DNA of 39,236 nt, taken from a virus. The notes beneath the pieces are model-generated. The model saw only the letters and a list, made by a program, of their open reading frames with translations. It searched no databases and had not been told where the DNA came from. The stretch is from IMG/VR virus record IMGVR_UViG_3300028453_000006; one strand, written 5' to 3'. This document shows, one piece after another, positions 1 through 9,856 of the stretch. Within the stretch, counting starts at the first letter, position 1. Every line of letters starts with the position of its first letter. Both the position numbers and the translations under genes were made by a program.

Positions 1-127
1 GCCCAGCGCCAAGAAACGTCCTGATTGACAACTTTGCCACCTTTCCATAATGTGGCTTTTACTAGACTTTCGCCCTCGTTATTTTTAAACATCGTTCCAT
101 TATCCGTCGAAATGCGAATATTGTACG
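1..127. repeat. Terminal self-overlap: bases 1-127 are identical to 39110-39236 (circular molecule, unique length 39,109 bp)
   Basis: Both ends compared base by base; 127/127 identical in the same orientation. Confidence 0.95.
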
Positions 128-1337
128 GTTTTGCATTTTCTACTAAACGTTCAAGCTCGCTCTGGATGTCGTTAGATAGCTTGCTTTGCAAAGCTCTAAA
201 GTTTCCAAGCGTGGTTTTCCAGTTTTTTCTAGTCGAAAAACTTAGCTTTTGTTCAAAAATACGTGCTTCAATCAGCAATGTGTTAGCAAAGCCACTATCT
301 GATAGCTCTACCGTGTCCCCGATGTCGGCATCAATGTAGCCGTCAAATTCATACGTTAGCTCAGGATAAGCTGATGCTTTCAACTGCTTTAATCCTTCTG
401 TCTCAAGCTGTTGTATGCTTTTAACGTTAAAGTCCATATCACGTCTAGTCCATTGGTCTGATTGAGTTTCCGACGTAAACGTTGACGGATAAAGCTGTGC
501 TGAAATAGGCGCATAGAGAGCATCGCCACGCTTGTAAAACTCAACGATGCCTTTATCATTCTTGAGCTCCCAGTTTGGCAAGTTTCCGATAGTCAATTTC
601 TGATCACTGTTCTCTTCACTTTGAGCAGTTGGCACAATCATATTAAAGATGTTCGTCTTATCAATCTTGCGCCTAATTGACTTGATGTTTTTTCCGTAAA
701 CAAGCGTGATGTCTTTTCTGTCACGCCCAACGCCGTGGTAATTCACGCCATCATTTTCGTGATAAACATTGACCAAAAACTGCTTGATAGTACTGTCATC
801 GTTGAGATAGGTTTTAAATTCGATTTCAGCATCAAATTTGTTCGCAAGTGAAATAAGTCTGGCAAGTTTCGTGTCTTGTCCTTCCCATTCCAACGTACGC
901 TTGTAGTCCGAAACCTCGTTAATACCTACGGATAATTTAGTCATATTTAGTAAATCCATAGCATTGCAATACTCAACGAATGACATAGCTCTGTCAGCTT
1001 TAAACGGATTTGAATATTCGTTAATGAGCTCTAAATTTAAATTCTCACAATAGCATTTGATTTTCTTTTCATCTTCTTCAACAGTCATCACATTAAAGAG
1101 AAACGTCTCGCCTTTGTACTCGAACGACACAAAAGCACGTTCATTCAAATAACTGTAAGTCCTGTTAAAGACCGTGTCAGAAACAAGCGATTTTTTTGAA
1201 ATACTAAATTCATATGTTGATGATCCTGTTTGCAAATTGCGTGTCCAGGTGTCATCAAAAAAATCTAACGTGCCTTGCTTCTCGTTATCAACGAATGCTA
1301 CTTTTCTCAGTTGTGCATCGTGTATTGTTAGAAGCAT
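1..1337 (-). CDS. Tail tip/baseplate hub protein (Tal, phage minor structural protein N-terminal family), 5' part; the ORF continues across the contig junction into 39109-38695 (583 aa in total)
   Basis: ATG at 1337 overlaps the Dit stop (TAATG). The minus frame is open to base 1 and is in frame with ORF 38695-39201 through the overlap. The N-terminus MLLTIHDAQLRKVAFVDNEKQGTLDFF... and the position after Dit fit Tal. Confidence 0.85.
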   Translation of the reverse strand, partial: MLLTIHDAQLRKVAFVDNEKQGTLDFFDDTWTRNLQTGSSTYEFSISKKSLVSDTVFNRTYSYLNERAFVSFEYKGETFLFNVMTVEEDEKKIKCYCENLNLELINEYSNPFKADRAMSFVEYCNAMDLLNMTKLSVGINEVSDYKRTLEWEGQDTKLARLISLANKFDAEIEFKTYLNDDSTIKQFLVNVYHENDGVNYHGVGRDRKDITLVYGKNIKSIRRKIDKTNIFNMIVPTAQSEENSDQKLTIGNLPNWELKNDKGIVEFYKRGDALYAPISAQLYPSTFTSETQSDQWTRRDMDFNVKSIQQLETEGLKQLKASAYPELTYEFDGYIDADIGDTVELSDSGFANTLLIEARIFEQKLSFSTRKNWKTTLGNFRALQSKLSNDIQSELERLVENAKPYNIRISTDNGTMFKNNEGESLVKATLWKGGKVVNQDVSWRW

Positions 1338-2824
1338 TACAAACTCCTATTCTCAAACTCCACCTTAACTGTAGGCGCTTTTTTAATCCACGATGAGAAA
1401 TAGATGTCTAACTCAGATTCCCCAGGCGGAACACTCAAGAAATGGTGTGAGCCTTGGATGATGTCCGAATTTTTGTTAAGACCGTCTTTAGTCACTGTGT
1501 TTGTTTCGTTGTCGATGACAACTGTTGAGCCCATAGCGTAGCGGTTCGGGATGTCTCTAGTACCTGTCACAAAATCTTTGCGATAAACAATATCGTCAAG
1601 ATAAACGTGTGTCACTCCAGGTTTGCCCCCTACGCTCCCAAATATAACACTGACTTTAGCGGACTTTTTACCCTTTATCTCAGGGATGTTATATTCTTTA
1701 TATTGCCCGAACCAATAGAACTGTATCCATCCATCTTTTCTAAAGATGTCGGATGCTCCCCGTGGCTCGTTAAAAGGGTTTTGACTATCTAAATGCGTAC
1801 ACCAAAATGTATAGCGGTCAAGAAAACGATAGCCGCCTTTCCCGTCTGAAACCATGAAATTATATTCAGTCGTTAGACTGTTAGAGCGTTTAAATGTCTC
1901 TGTCCCGTATAGAAACTGACCATTTTCATCCGATACAACAACTTTCATAAATCCGTATTGTGATTGATGTCCAGCCCAAAAAATCTGCCTCCACCAGATG
2001 TAGTCATAGAGTGCTCCTGCCTCTCCTGCACTGTCTGCTGGTATGTCCCAAGTAATGGACGCAGACGTCCCGTTTTTCAAATGGATGTGTGGTCTTCCCC
2101 AAGCGTTGTCTATCTCAAGCTGTCCGTCTAGTACCTCTTGAACATTACTAATTGCCTCGTTAAATTTTCCCTCTTCAAATCCGTTTAAAATCCTTGTTGG
2201 TCCAGTGTTTGATGTGTAGTCAAACAAGATTTCAGATTTCTTGTATTCTTCCGAGTCTGCTTCTTCCTTACTTCCAAGCTCAAAAGCGCCATTTTGACTA
2301 ACAAGTCCGACATAGCCGTTTTCTGAATTATGTTTAATTGTGATGATTGGATAAGCATCTACATTGCCTTCATTGTTAATTTGGAACGTCATTTTATTGC
2401 CGTTCCAGGTAGGCTCTTCAAAACGTGCATCCGTCACCGAATGAGCCACCCCGTCTGGGATTAAAAGAGTGATTTCTGAACGCTGAAACCAGCGTGTTAT
2501 GTTATCGTGAGAAATATCGTCAACAGGCAAACCTAAATAATACTTGTCTGGTTCATCTGCATATGTAATTTTGACTGGTTTATCAACGTTGAAAACGCCA
2601 GCTAAATCATGTTTAAGCTGTTCAATTTCAATCTCTGATTTCCCTTTGATGTCAAATTTGATTTTGTGTTCTTTAGCTCCGATTTTAATTTCTTGGATAT
2701 TCACCCCCAAAAAAGGAGAAGTGTCAGTTGACACTGTCCTTTTGTTACCAATTGGGCGAATAATGTCAGTAATTCTAAAGTATTGAGACATTCCAACACC
2801 GTTAAAAGTCATTATTTCTGTCAT
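1337..2824 (-). CDS. Distal tail protein (Dit, siphovirus tail component), long form of 495 aa
   Basis: ORF track. Lies directly after the TMP with a 4-nt overlap. N-terminus MTFNGVGMSQYFRITDIIRPIGNKR is typical of Sipho_tail/Dit proteins. Confidence 0.85.
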   Translation of the reverse strand: MTEIMTFNGVGMSQYFRITDIIRPIGNKRTVSTDTSPFLGVNIQEIKIGAKEHKIKFDIKGKSEIEIEQLKHDLAGVFNVDKPVKITYADEPDKYYLGLPVDDISHDNITRWFQRSEITLLIPDGVAHSVTDARFEEPTWNGNKMTFQINNEGNVDAYPIITIKHNSENGYVGLVSQNGAFELGSKEEADSEEYKKSEILFDYTSNTGPTRILNGFEEGKFNEAISNVQEVLDGQLEIDNAWGRPHIHLKNGTSASITWDIPADSAGEAGALYDYIWWRQIFWAGHQSQYGFMKVVVSDENGQFLYGTETFKRSNSLTTEYNFMVSDGKGGYRFLDRYTFWCTHLDSQNPFNEPRGASDIFRKDGWIQFYWFGQYKEYNIPEIKGKKSAKVSVIFGSVGGKPGVTHVYLDDIVYRKDFVTGTRDIPNRYAMGSTVVIDNETNTVTKDGLNKNSDIIQGSHHFLSVPPGESELDIYFSSWIKKAPTVKVEFENRSL

Positions 2825-5800
2825 GGTCTACCCCACATTCTGTTATTGCGTGTAATCTGTGTTTGTTGATAATCTTGATATCTATCGCTAGTAGATGCGA
2901 TAAGCGTGTCGTCATTCAATCGCATATCGATTGGACGGTCTGCGAGTCTGCCCATTGCATCTATAGCTTTTTCCATTACTTCGTTTGATTTTTCTTGTAC
3001 AATCTCAACTTTTGCTTTGATTGCTTTATCTAAATCGGATTTAACCTGGATACTGTGTGAGAAATTAGTTGATCCAGCTCCGATTAGGTCTTCAGCTTTA
3101 TAGCTAAACGCTTGAACTTTGTCATACATTGCTCCCAAAGCATCATTAACTGTATAGCTATCTTTCTCAATACCAACCGCAACACCTTGTGCAATATAGC
3201 GACCTACATTGTCACGAAATAGGCGTGATGGTGAATGAATTTTGGCTTTTGCTCGTGCTGCTCTCTCTGCTTGTGCTACTAACGCATTAGCAGCTGCCGT
3301 CACGCTTCCAAGAGCTGACATCATACCACTAGCTAAACCTTGCCCGATATATGCACCAATTGCACGCATTGAACCAACTCCAGACATTCCTGCTGCACGT
3401 ACAGATGCCATAAGAGAGCTCATTGCGCCTCTAGCATTACCAGCACCGCTAGCAATCCCTTGTGCGATGTTTTGAGCTGTTTGTTGCCCAATCATGCGTC
3501 CTTGATTTTTCATCTGATTTCCAATGGATGTAACAGCACTAAGCATTGCTTGCATTGACGATTGCACTTGAGCACGCATTGAGCTAAACGCTGAAATAAC
3601 AGACTGTGTCGCTGAAATGATCGAACGCATTTGAGACGCTGAACTTGCCGCACTCGCACCAATATTTGCAAAACCGCCTGAAACTGACGATAGAATTCCA
3701 CCTAAAGCGCCTACACTACCAGCTAACGCACCAAATGATGCTCCTGCCATTGCTGTTGCTGCGCCCATTGACAAGATGCGTGCATTGAATGCACTGATAA
3801 GCCCACCGATGACGGTAAATGTGCCATTAATGACCATCGCTCTAGCACCAAACATTACAAAACCTGCTGTAGCAGATAAGATTGTTGGTGTTAAACTCAT
3901 CAATTGTGCTTTAAATGCTGCAATTGGTGCATTAACAGCTGATAATCCAGCAATACCAGCTACTGCTTGAGAAACGAATGCTGGGAAACCCGCACCAGCA
4001 ACTGTCATCATCGCTGGCAAAAGAGACAAATTGGTCTTGAGTGTTGTAATCACTGCATCAAACTGGCTTAAAGCAGCTAACGAAATCATTGCACCAGTCG
4101 CAAACTGAGTCATACCAGTTCCAACTTGTGTCATTGCCGAGCCGAGCTGGCTCATCCCTGCTGAATGACTAGCCATTTTACCGAGACCGCTAGCTGTAGT
4201 AGCTAAAGTCGCTGCTAAATCGCCTAATTTTAAATCAACTAGCATCTTGACACCTTGCGCCATCTGCTTAACGCCATTACCAGCATTAAGAGCGGCATTT
4301 CCCATTGAGTCGAAAATACCCGCAATGCCATCTAAAACGTTTCGAACGGCGTCGCCAAAACCAGTGATAACACCCTTAGCACTGTCTAGAATGTTGCTGA
4401 TTTGCTCACCTAACGTCTTGAACAGGTTGGCGATTGAGTCAATAATTGGACTGATTTGACTAACTAGGTTGTTAAACGCATCTACGATTTGAGATAGTAC
4501 TGGAGCTACTGCTACGACCATCTCTGTAATCGCTGGGATAAACGGTGATAGCGCTTGAATAATTTGAACAATAGCGTTAGACACTACCGTCACAATTTGA
4601 ACAAATGCACTGCTGATAATCCCTACAATAGGTGTTATTGCTGTAGCTATTTGAGAAATAGCTGAGCCTAACGCTGTAATAATCGGTGGGATTGTCCCTA
4701 AAATTGACGTAAACGCATCTCCTAACGCTGTGATTGCGGGAGCGGCTGCACCAACTGCAACTCCTACTGCCACAACCAAAGGTGCTAGGTTAGCTAATGC
4801 ACTTGTGACAACTGGCAATACACCAGAAACTGTTACAATTGCTTGAGCGAACGCTCCAATAATTGCTGTTGCAACTGTTGCGAATGCATTACCTAACGCT
4901 GTGATAATCATTGACACGCCAGCACCTTGCGTTGACAACAATGTTAAAGCTGAGACGATAATACCAATCCCTGCGCCAATACCAACAGCTGCAATACCGA
5001 CTGCTGTGCCTAATGCAATAATATTTGCTGGTCCAGCCATTTTAAGAGCTGTACCTAATCCAACAAAAGCATTTGCTAAGCCTGTGCCAATCCCTTTTGC
5101 TGCAACAGCAATACTAGTACCCACTGATTTAATGACCGAGGCAAGACCTTGTAAGATTTGAGCAATCTTAGATTTACTTTGACCTACAGCTTCTGTCGCA
5201 CCATCTGCCCCGTCCTTAGCGTTCTTATTGAACATTTTGAACGGATTAAATGACTTGATAAATTCAAGTCCCTTCATGCCTTTTGAAACTAAGTTAGTCC
5301 CTGCTGAAAACGCCATCAAGCCAGCAATGCCACCGACTAATACGTTTGTAAAGCCTTGTACAATGCTTGGATCTAAACGAGAAACAAAGTCAGCTATCGC
5401 TTTAACCACTTGAGCTATAACTTTTGCAACATTACCAATTACTGTCCCGAGCGTTGACCAAATAGAAGCTTCACCAACCTCTGAAACAAGATAGCTATAT
5501 GCTGCAATCACGCTATCAATAGCCCATTTAATCTGTTGCATCGCTCCTGTTTCTGCAAAGCTGTCCATAAATTTCTTGACGGCTTTTGCTCCTGTTCTAA
5601 CCGTTACTATCAGAGCTGATACGTAATTACTAGCTGTCATGAGCCATGACCAGCCACCACCAGCAACACTATTAAAAGCACCAGCTATTGAACTCAACGC
5701 ACCTTTAACACTGTCTAATGCGCTTTTGAATTTCATGACAAAAACGGGGTTAAAGAACGCTTTCATAGCTTGCTCGGCTTTAGCCATTATTCCCTCAATG

Positions 5801-6693
5801 TCGATACCATCAAGCGCTTTGCCGAGATTGTCAGCTAACTTATCAAAGTTAATTTTGTCTAAAGCATCTGTAAGCGCTACGACTGTCTTAATCCCGAATT
5901 GATTAAGCTTCTCAAACGCTGGCATAAGCTTGTTAGATAGTGTTTCTTTCGCACCATCTATGGCTTGGTCAACTGTCTTGAATTCTGTAGCCATTTTCTT
6001 AAATTGGTCACTATTACCAACTTTTGCTACTGCGTTAAAGAAGTCTTCTGTCGCAATTTTCCCATCTTGAACGGCTGTTACCATTTCAGATGTAGACATA
6101 CCCATTTCTTTAGCAACTGCTGCGATACCTGCTGGCGTTTGTTCGAGCATCAATTTAAAATCTTGCCATTGTACCTTAGGCTTAGCAGCCATTTGTGTAG
6201 CTTGTTGTGACAAGGTCTTCATAGCTTGCGTTGGGTTTTCGGCGGCTGCTGCAAGACCACCAAACCCCATAACAAGTTGATCAGTATTTTTGATACCAAC
6301 CGCAGCTAACTGACTGTACGTTTGTGCCATGTCAGACGCACTGTAGATTGTCTGTGTAGCATAATCCTGCAAGGTGCTTTTGACTTGACTAATCTTCTTG
6401 CTGGTTTCTTCTGATGCTCCCCAGACTTGCGTCAAGTTACCTTCAAACGTCTTCCAAGCTTTTGTATTAGAGCTCAATTCGCCGTACATACTAGTAAGAC
6501 CGCCTTTAAGTGCTCCAATACCAGACATCAAAGCAGAACCAACTACATTAGCAGCTAACAGTGATTTAAATGAGCTACCAATCTTATTAGCGCCATCACC
6601 TAAACTAAGCAAAGTGCTTTTAAGTGATTTCACTTCCGACTGTGCTTTTTTACCATCCATATCAATCTGGATAGTAACTTTACCTTCTGCCAT
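2821..6693 (-). CDS. Tail tape measure protein (1290 aa)
   Basis: Largest ORF. Has Ala/Gly-rich hydrophobic central segments and lies after the two chaperone-like genes and before Dit. Confidence 0.92.
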   Translation of the reverse strand: MAEGKVTIQIDMDGKKAQSEVKSLKSTLLSLGDGANKIGSSFKSLLAANVVGSALMSGIGALKGGLTSMYGELSSNTKAWKTFEGNLTQVWGASEETSKKISQVKSTLQDYATQTIYSASDMAQTYSQLAAVGIKNTDQLVMGFGGLAAAAENPTQAMKTLSQQATQMAAKPKVQWQDFKLMLEQTPAGIAAVAKEMGMSTSEMVTAVQDGKIATEDFFNAVAKVGNSDQFKKMATEFKTVDQAIDGAKETLSNKLMPAFEKLNQFGIKTVVALTDALDKINFDKLADNLGKALDGIDIEGIMAKAEQAMKAFFNPVFVMKFKSALDSVKGALSSIAGAFNSVAGGGWSWLMTASNYVSALIVTVRTGAKAVKKFMDSFAETGAMQQIKWAIDSVIAAYSYLVSEVGEASIWSTLGTVIGNVAKVIAQVVKAIADFVSRLDPSIVQGFTNVLVGGIAGLMAFSAGTNLVSKGMKGLEFIKSFNPFKMFNKNAKDGADGATEAVGQSKSKIAQILQGLASVIKSVGTSIAVAAKGIGTGLANAFVGLGTALKMAGPANIIALGTAVGIAAVGIGAGIGIIVSALTLLSTQGAGVSMIITALGNAFATVATAIIGAFAQAIVTVSGVLPVVTSALANLAPLVVAVGVAVGAAAPAITALGDAFTSILGTIPPIITALGSAISQIATAITPIVGIISSAFVQIVTVVSNAIVQIIQALSPFIPAITEMVVAVAPVLSQIVDAFNNLVSQISPIIDSIANLFKTLGEQISNILDSAKGVITGFGDAVRNVLDGIAGIFDSMGNAALNAGNGVKQMAQGVKMLVDLKLGDLAATLATTASGLGKMASHSAGMSQLGSAMTQVGTGMTQFATGAMISLAALSQFDAVITTLKTNLSLLPAMMTVAGAGFPAFVSQAVAGIAGLSAVNAPIAAFKAQLMSLTPTILSATAGFVMFGARAMVINGTFTVIGGLISAFNARILSMGAATAMAGASFGALAGSVGALGGILSSVSGGFANIGASAASSASQMRSIISATQSVISAFSSMRAQVQSSMQAMLSAVTSIGNQMKNQGRMIGQQTAQNIAQGIASGAGNARGAMSSLMASVRAAGMSGVGSMRAIGAYIGQGLASGMMSALGSVTAAANALVAQAERAARAKAKIHSPSRLFRDNVGRYIAQGVAVGIEKDSYTVNDALGAMYDKVQAFSYKAEDLIGAGSTNFSHSIQVKSDLDKAIKAKVEIVQEKSNEVMEKAIDAMGRLADRPIDMRLNDDTLIASTSDRYQDYQQTQITRNNRMWGRP

Positions 6694-6707
6694 ATTTCCC
6701 TCCTTTC

Positions 6708-7289
6708 CTAATCAGGCAATGCGTACTCTTCTTGTAAAGCACGCATGCGCTGTTTTTCTTTTGAGCTATCGCCTTTTTGTGGCTTCCATGCCCTAATCTT
6801 CATTACTTCGATTAGTTTCGTACCATCTGGCAAACCAGCTAACAAAGCATTAAATTTTGACCAATGCAATTTCCCTTGTTCTTCAATCAAATCAATGTGA
6901 TAGGCTTGCATAAACGATGAAAAAATGAACTCGCCGTCATATTTAATCGAATACAAAGGTTTTCCGTCGTCTGAGTCTTCTCGTGGTTTTCTTGGGATAA
7001 CATTTCCTTCTAAGTCATAGCGCTCAACTGCATCAATCGCTCTAACACTCTTAATATGCTTGTCAAACACTTCTGAATAAATATTCAAAGCTGTTTCAAA
7101 ATCCATATTTTTAAAATCAGAGCTATTAGTGAGCTTGACAAGCGCTAACTGTGGCTTAATTTGTACTGGAAATCTGTCATCTGACCACATATCAAAGACT
7201 TTCAAGACGTTATCGAACGAAAGAAAAAGCTGGTACTCTTTTCCATTGAGCACCAGCCTATCATCCATTCTTTTGGAAATGTCAAACAT
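6708..7289 (-). CDS. Tail assembly chaperone-like protein (Gp15-like)
   Basis: ORF track. Sits between the major tail gene and the TMP. Its ATG overlaps the stop of the upstream gene (TAATG). Confidence 0.75.
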   Translation of the reverse strand: MFDISKRMDDRLVLNGKEYQLFLSFDNVLKVFDMWSDDRFPVQIKPQLALVKLTNSSDFKNMDFETALNIYSEVFDKHIKSVRAIDAVERYDLEGNVIPRKPREDSDDGKPLYSIKYDGEFIFSSFMQAYHIDLIEEQGKLHWSKFNALLAGLPDGTKLIEVMKIRAWKPQKGDSSKEKQRMRALQEEYALPD

Positions 7290-7666
7290 TACTCAGATAG
7301 AAACTGTTTAAAATATTCATCGTTTTGACGTTCAGCATTAACTTCGTTAATTGCTTTTGAGATTTGCAAGAATACCTTGAGATAGGTCATTGTATTCTGA
7401 CCAACAGCTTTATAGAGTTTTTCAGGTGTTTCATTGTCAAACATCGTTTTAAAGAACTCATCTAAGATAGCTTTGATTTCTTGGATTGCTTTCCAAGAGT
7501 CATCGTTAGCAGTTCCGTCAATGCTATTAGCACGCTGTTTCAACTCATCAGCTTTTGCTTGCATTTCTTTGCTTTGCTCGTCGCTTGGCATAAATTCAAG
7601 CGTACAATCTCCTACTACGAACTCAATCGCATCTTGTTTTGCGTCAAAATTATAAACTCGTGACAT
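7289..7666 (-). CDS. Tail assembly chaperone-like protein
   Basis: ORF track. An acidic 125-aa protein directly downstream of the major tail gene. Confidence 0.7.
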   Translation of the reverse strand: MSRVYNFDAKQDAIEFVVGDCTLEFMPSDEQSKEMQAKADELKQRANSIDGTANDDSWKAIQEIKAILDEFFKTMFDNETPEKLYKAVGQNTMTYLKVFLQISKAINEVNAERQNDEYFKQFLSE

Positions 7667-7679
7667 ATTTCAAACCTTT

Positions 7680-8138
7680 CTATTCTGTTGTTCCTGTTTC
7701 AATTGGCTTTTTAATCCATTTCATCTTAACTTCAAACTCTTCGTAGCCTGTCGCATCTCCAGAGCCTGCTTTAATACCTGACAAATTAGCCACTTGCGTA
7801 AATGTCTTTTTGCCATTTGATTCAACAACACGATGCCAAACACGACGATTGTCGCCTACTTCGTATTTTTTAGATGCGATTAGAGCTTGTGCTGGGTCAT
7901 CTGGATCATACGAACCAGACGCTGTGTAAGCTCCAGAAACAGATGTAACTGTTTCTTCGGGTGAACCGTCGCCGTCATAGTAGCCAACGTCATCTGTTTC
8001 TTCGTCTGTGTCATCATCAATAGTTTCGATGTATTTCGCTAAACGTAGAAATGCTTCGTCAGCTGGTACGGTGTCAGGTGTTTTTGGGTCAAATGGTGCT
8101 ACAAAGTGTTTTCGTTGCGCATTTTTTTGACGTGCCAT
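7680..8138 (-). CDS. Major tail protein
   Basis: ORF track. A 152-aa protein at the canonical position after the head-tail joining genes and before the chaperones. Confidence 0.75.
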   Translation of the reverse strand: MARQKNAQRKHFVAPFDPKTPDTVPADEAFLRLAKYIETIDDDTDEETDDVGYYDGDGSPEETVTSVSGAYTASGSYDPDDPAQALIASKKYEVGDNRRVWHRVVESNGKKTFTQVANLSGIKAGSGDATGYEEFEVKMKWIKKPIETGTTE

Positions 8139-8148
8139 AATTTCCTCC

Positions 8149-8547
8149 TCAAATTTCTAATTTTGCTTGTAATTGCAATGTGTAGACGAAATAACCGTGT
8201 TCGTCTTTGCCATTAATACCAGGTTTACCGACTGAAAGAGATAAGAATGTGTAAGAGTCGTCTGTGCTTGGCAAATCAATATCAAACGCTGATAACTCGC
8301 CATTCAGAAACCAAATGACATCACTTGCCAGCTGATTGCTCTTACTTTTGACTGCAATTTCAAACGGTAGGCTTACTTCTCTCGTACCGTCCATGAATTC
8401 TCTGTCAATCGTCCCGCCTGGAATAGCGTTGACAACCAAATCATCTTGATCATCTTTGAAATAATCTAGCCGTGCCTTTAACGGCAATTGTTTAAAACTG
8501 TTAATGTATTTTAAAAGTACTATCTGAAAGTTTTTGTTATCTTGCAT
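8149..8547 (-). CDS. Head-tail joining/tail terminator-like protein
   Basis: ORF track. Fourth of four small, translationally coupled neck genes. The specific role is assigned by position only. Confidence 0.65.
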   Translation of the reverse strand: MQDNKNFQIVLLKYINSFKQLPLKARLDYFKDDQDDLVVNAIPGGTIDREFMDGTREVSLPFEIAVKSKSNQLASDVIWFLNGELSAFDIDLPSTDDSYTFLSLSVGKPGINGKDEHGYFVYTLQLQAKLEI

Positions 8548-8897
8548 CAGAACCCCATCCCTTTAGCTGCAACACGTTTCCACTTATCAACATTTGCTTC
8601 TGCTGATTTGTCATACCAAAGTTTTCCTGTACCTGGTGTTGTATACTTCTTAAATACAACAATGCCGTTTGTCCCATAAAATTGAGCTCGTGCATATACT
8701 GTATTCCAAGAAACAGCACTACCATCTATAGCTATTTGTCCGCTGGCTCGCAAAGCACCGCCCTTCATTGGGATGTACTTGTCAGTATCCATCAGAACTT
8801 GGTTAGCTAGTGCACGTTTTCCCCTCAAAACATTGGCATCAGACACCTTCCGTTCAGCGCCACTCAAATCAGCCTTTGTCCGAATACGAAACATCAA
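8547..8897 (-). CDS. Head-tail joining protein (HK97 gp10-like/minor capsid family)
   Basis: ORF track. Overlapping start and stop with its neighbours; position in the neck module. Confidence 0.65.
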   Translation of the reverse strand: MMFRIRTKADLSGAERKVSDANVLRGKRALANQVLMDTDKYIPMKGGALRASGQIAIDGSAVSWNTVYARAQFYGTNGIVVFKKYTTPGTGKLWYDKSAEANVDKWKRVAAKGMGF

Positions 8898-9220
8898 ATC
8901 ACTCCTACTTCATAGCTAAAGATTTTGCCATTTAAGTAATTGGGCTCATGACTTTTAACAATGTACGTGTTAACGCCATCGCTAACAGTCGCCTCATCCC
9001 AACTGTTGTCTACAACAACACCAGAAATGGCTGGATAAATGAAAATTGTTCCTGCTCTGTCTTTTTTCTTAGAGTTATTCGCTCCAGAAACAGAATTAGA
9101 GCGGTCAAAGCGAACGTGTTTGACCGTCAACGGTTCTGAATAAGTTAAATCACCAAAATCATTTTCTTTTTGTACTTTTTGAACAATAACAGTGTCAGTT
9201 AACAAACGTTTATCTATCAT
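8894..9220 (-). CDS. Head closure (stopper-like) protein
   Basis: Start moved to the ATG at 9220 (MIDKRLL...), which is preceded by GGGAG. Position in the neck module. Confidence 0.65.
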   Translation of the reverse strand: MIDKRLLTDTVIVQKVQKENDFGDLTYSEPLTVKHVRFDRSNSVSGANNSKKKDRAGTIFIYPAISGVVVDNSWDEATVSDGVNTYIVKSHEPNYLNGKIFSYEVGVI

Positions 9221-9602
9221 AATCAACTCCCACAACAAGGCTAAATCCTGCCTGTTTCAGAACGTTTTCGGCATCAATCGATAAATTATATTGCTGACCG
9301 CTAACGGTGCTCTCAGATGCCTTGTAATCGATTTTGGTACGTCCGATAGAAACGCTTGTCATTGTTTTCTTGTCATCAGCCGTCATGATGCCTGAAACAT
9401 CCAAGTAAGCAATCTGAAATGCCATCGCAAGCTTGACTGCTTGCTTGCGATAATCAAAATCATCTTCAAAGTTGATAAAACGCTCGTAGATGTTTTGTGT
9501 GTACATATCAATGGCAATTTCAGCACGTTTTGCTAACTTATCAAAGTTCTCAACATCATCAAAACCAAGGTCCGAAAACTCTGCTTTAGTTAAATAAGTC
9601 AT
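9210..9602 (-). CDS. Head-tail connector/adaptor protein (gp6-like)
   Basis: Start moved to the ATG at 9602 (MTYLTKAEF...), which is preceded by GGGAGG. First neck gene after the capsid module. Confidence 0.7.
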   Translation of the reverse strand: MTYLTKAEFSDLGFDDVENFDKLAKRAEIAIDMYTQNIYERFINFEDDFDYRKQAVKLAMAFQIAYLDVSGIMTADDKKTMTSVSIGRTKIDYKASESTVSGQQYNLSIDAENVLKQAGFSLVVGVDYDR

Positions 9603-9630
9603 GGTAACCTCCCTAAAGGTGTTATCACCC

Positions 9631-9855
9631 TCATTCTTCTGTTTTGGCTTTCTTACCACGTCTAGCTTTCTTAGGCTCTACTGCTGTTTCTTCCTCAAGC
9701 GGTACTAGCACCTTTTCAACGTCTGGAAAAGCTTTAGCTAAATCAGCATTGACGTGGTCAGCGTATTCTTTATCAAGCTCAATAGTTTCATCAACCATCA
9801 CGCTTTTTTTGAGTGATTTAAAGAATAGGTTTTTAGTGGCTTTGTATTGTGGCAT
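9631..9855 (-). CDS. Hypothetical small head-module protein (74 aa)
   Basis: ORF track. Starts 2 nt after the major capsid stop. Confidence 0.6.
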   Translation of the reverse strand: MPQYKATKNLFFKSLKKSVMVDETIELDKEYADHVNADLAKAFPDVEKVLVPLEEETAVEPKKARRGKKAKTEE

Positions 9856-9856
9856 G

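Noticed and set aside
1-127. The terminal repeat as a biological DTR or cos end
   Set aside because: The exact 127-bp length is typical of assembler k-mer overlap. A gene reads straight through the junction, and the terminase and portal are SPP1-like headful types.
25-1396. Plus-strand ORFs 25-339, 1174-1368 and 1214-1396
   Set aside because: They are antisense to the wrapped Tal gene, whose minus-strand frame is continuous from 1337 to base 1.
2906-6796. Many plus-strand ORFs of 60-132 aa (for example 3242-3475, 4901-5161, 5639-5902, 6398-6796)
   Set aside because: All are antisense to the 1290-aa tape measure ORF. The Ala/Gly-rich codon usage leaves antisense frames open. None has an RBS or fits the operon structure.
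7289-7330. Possible -1 programmed frameshift (TTTAAAC) joining the two tail chaperone ORFs, as in the gpG/gpGT paradigm
   Set aside because: The downstream frame is closed by TAA/TGA codons between the heptamer and the second ORF's ATG. The heptamer is also not in the X XXY YYZ phase. The second ORF has its own coupled ATG (TAATG).
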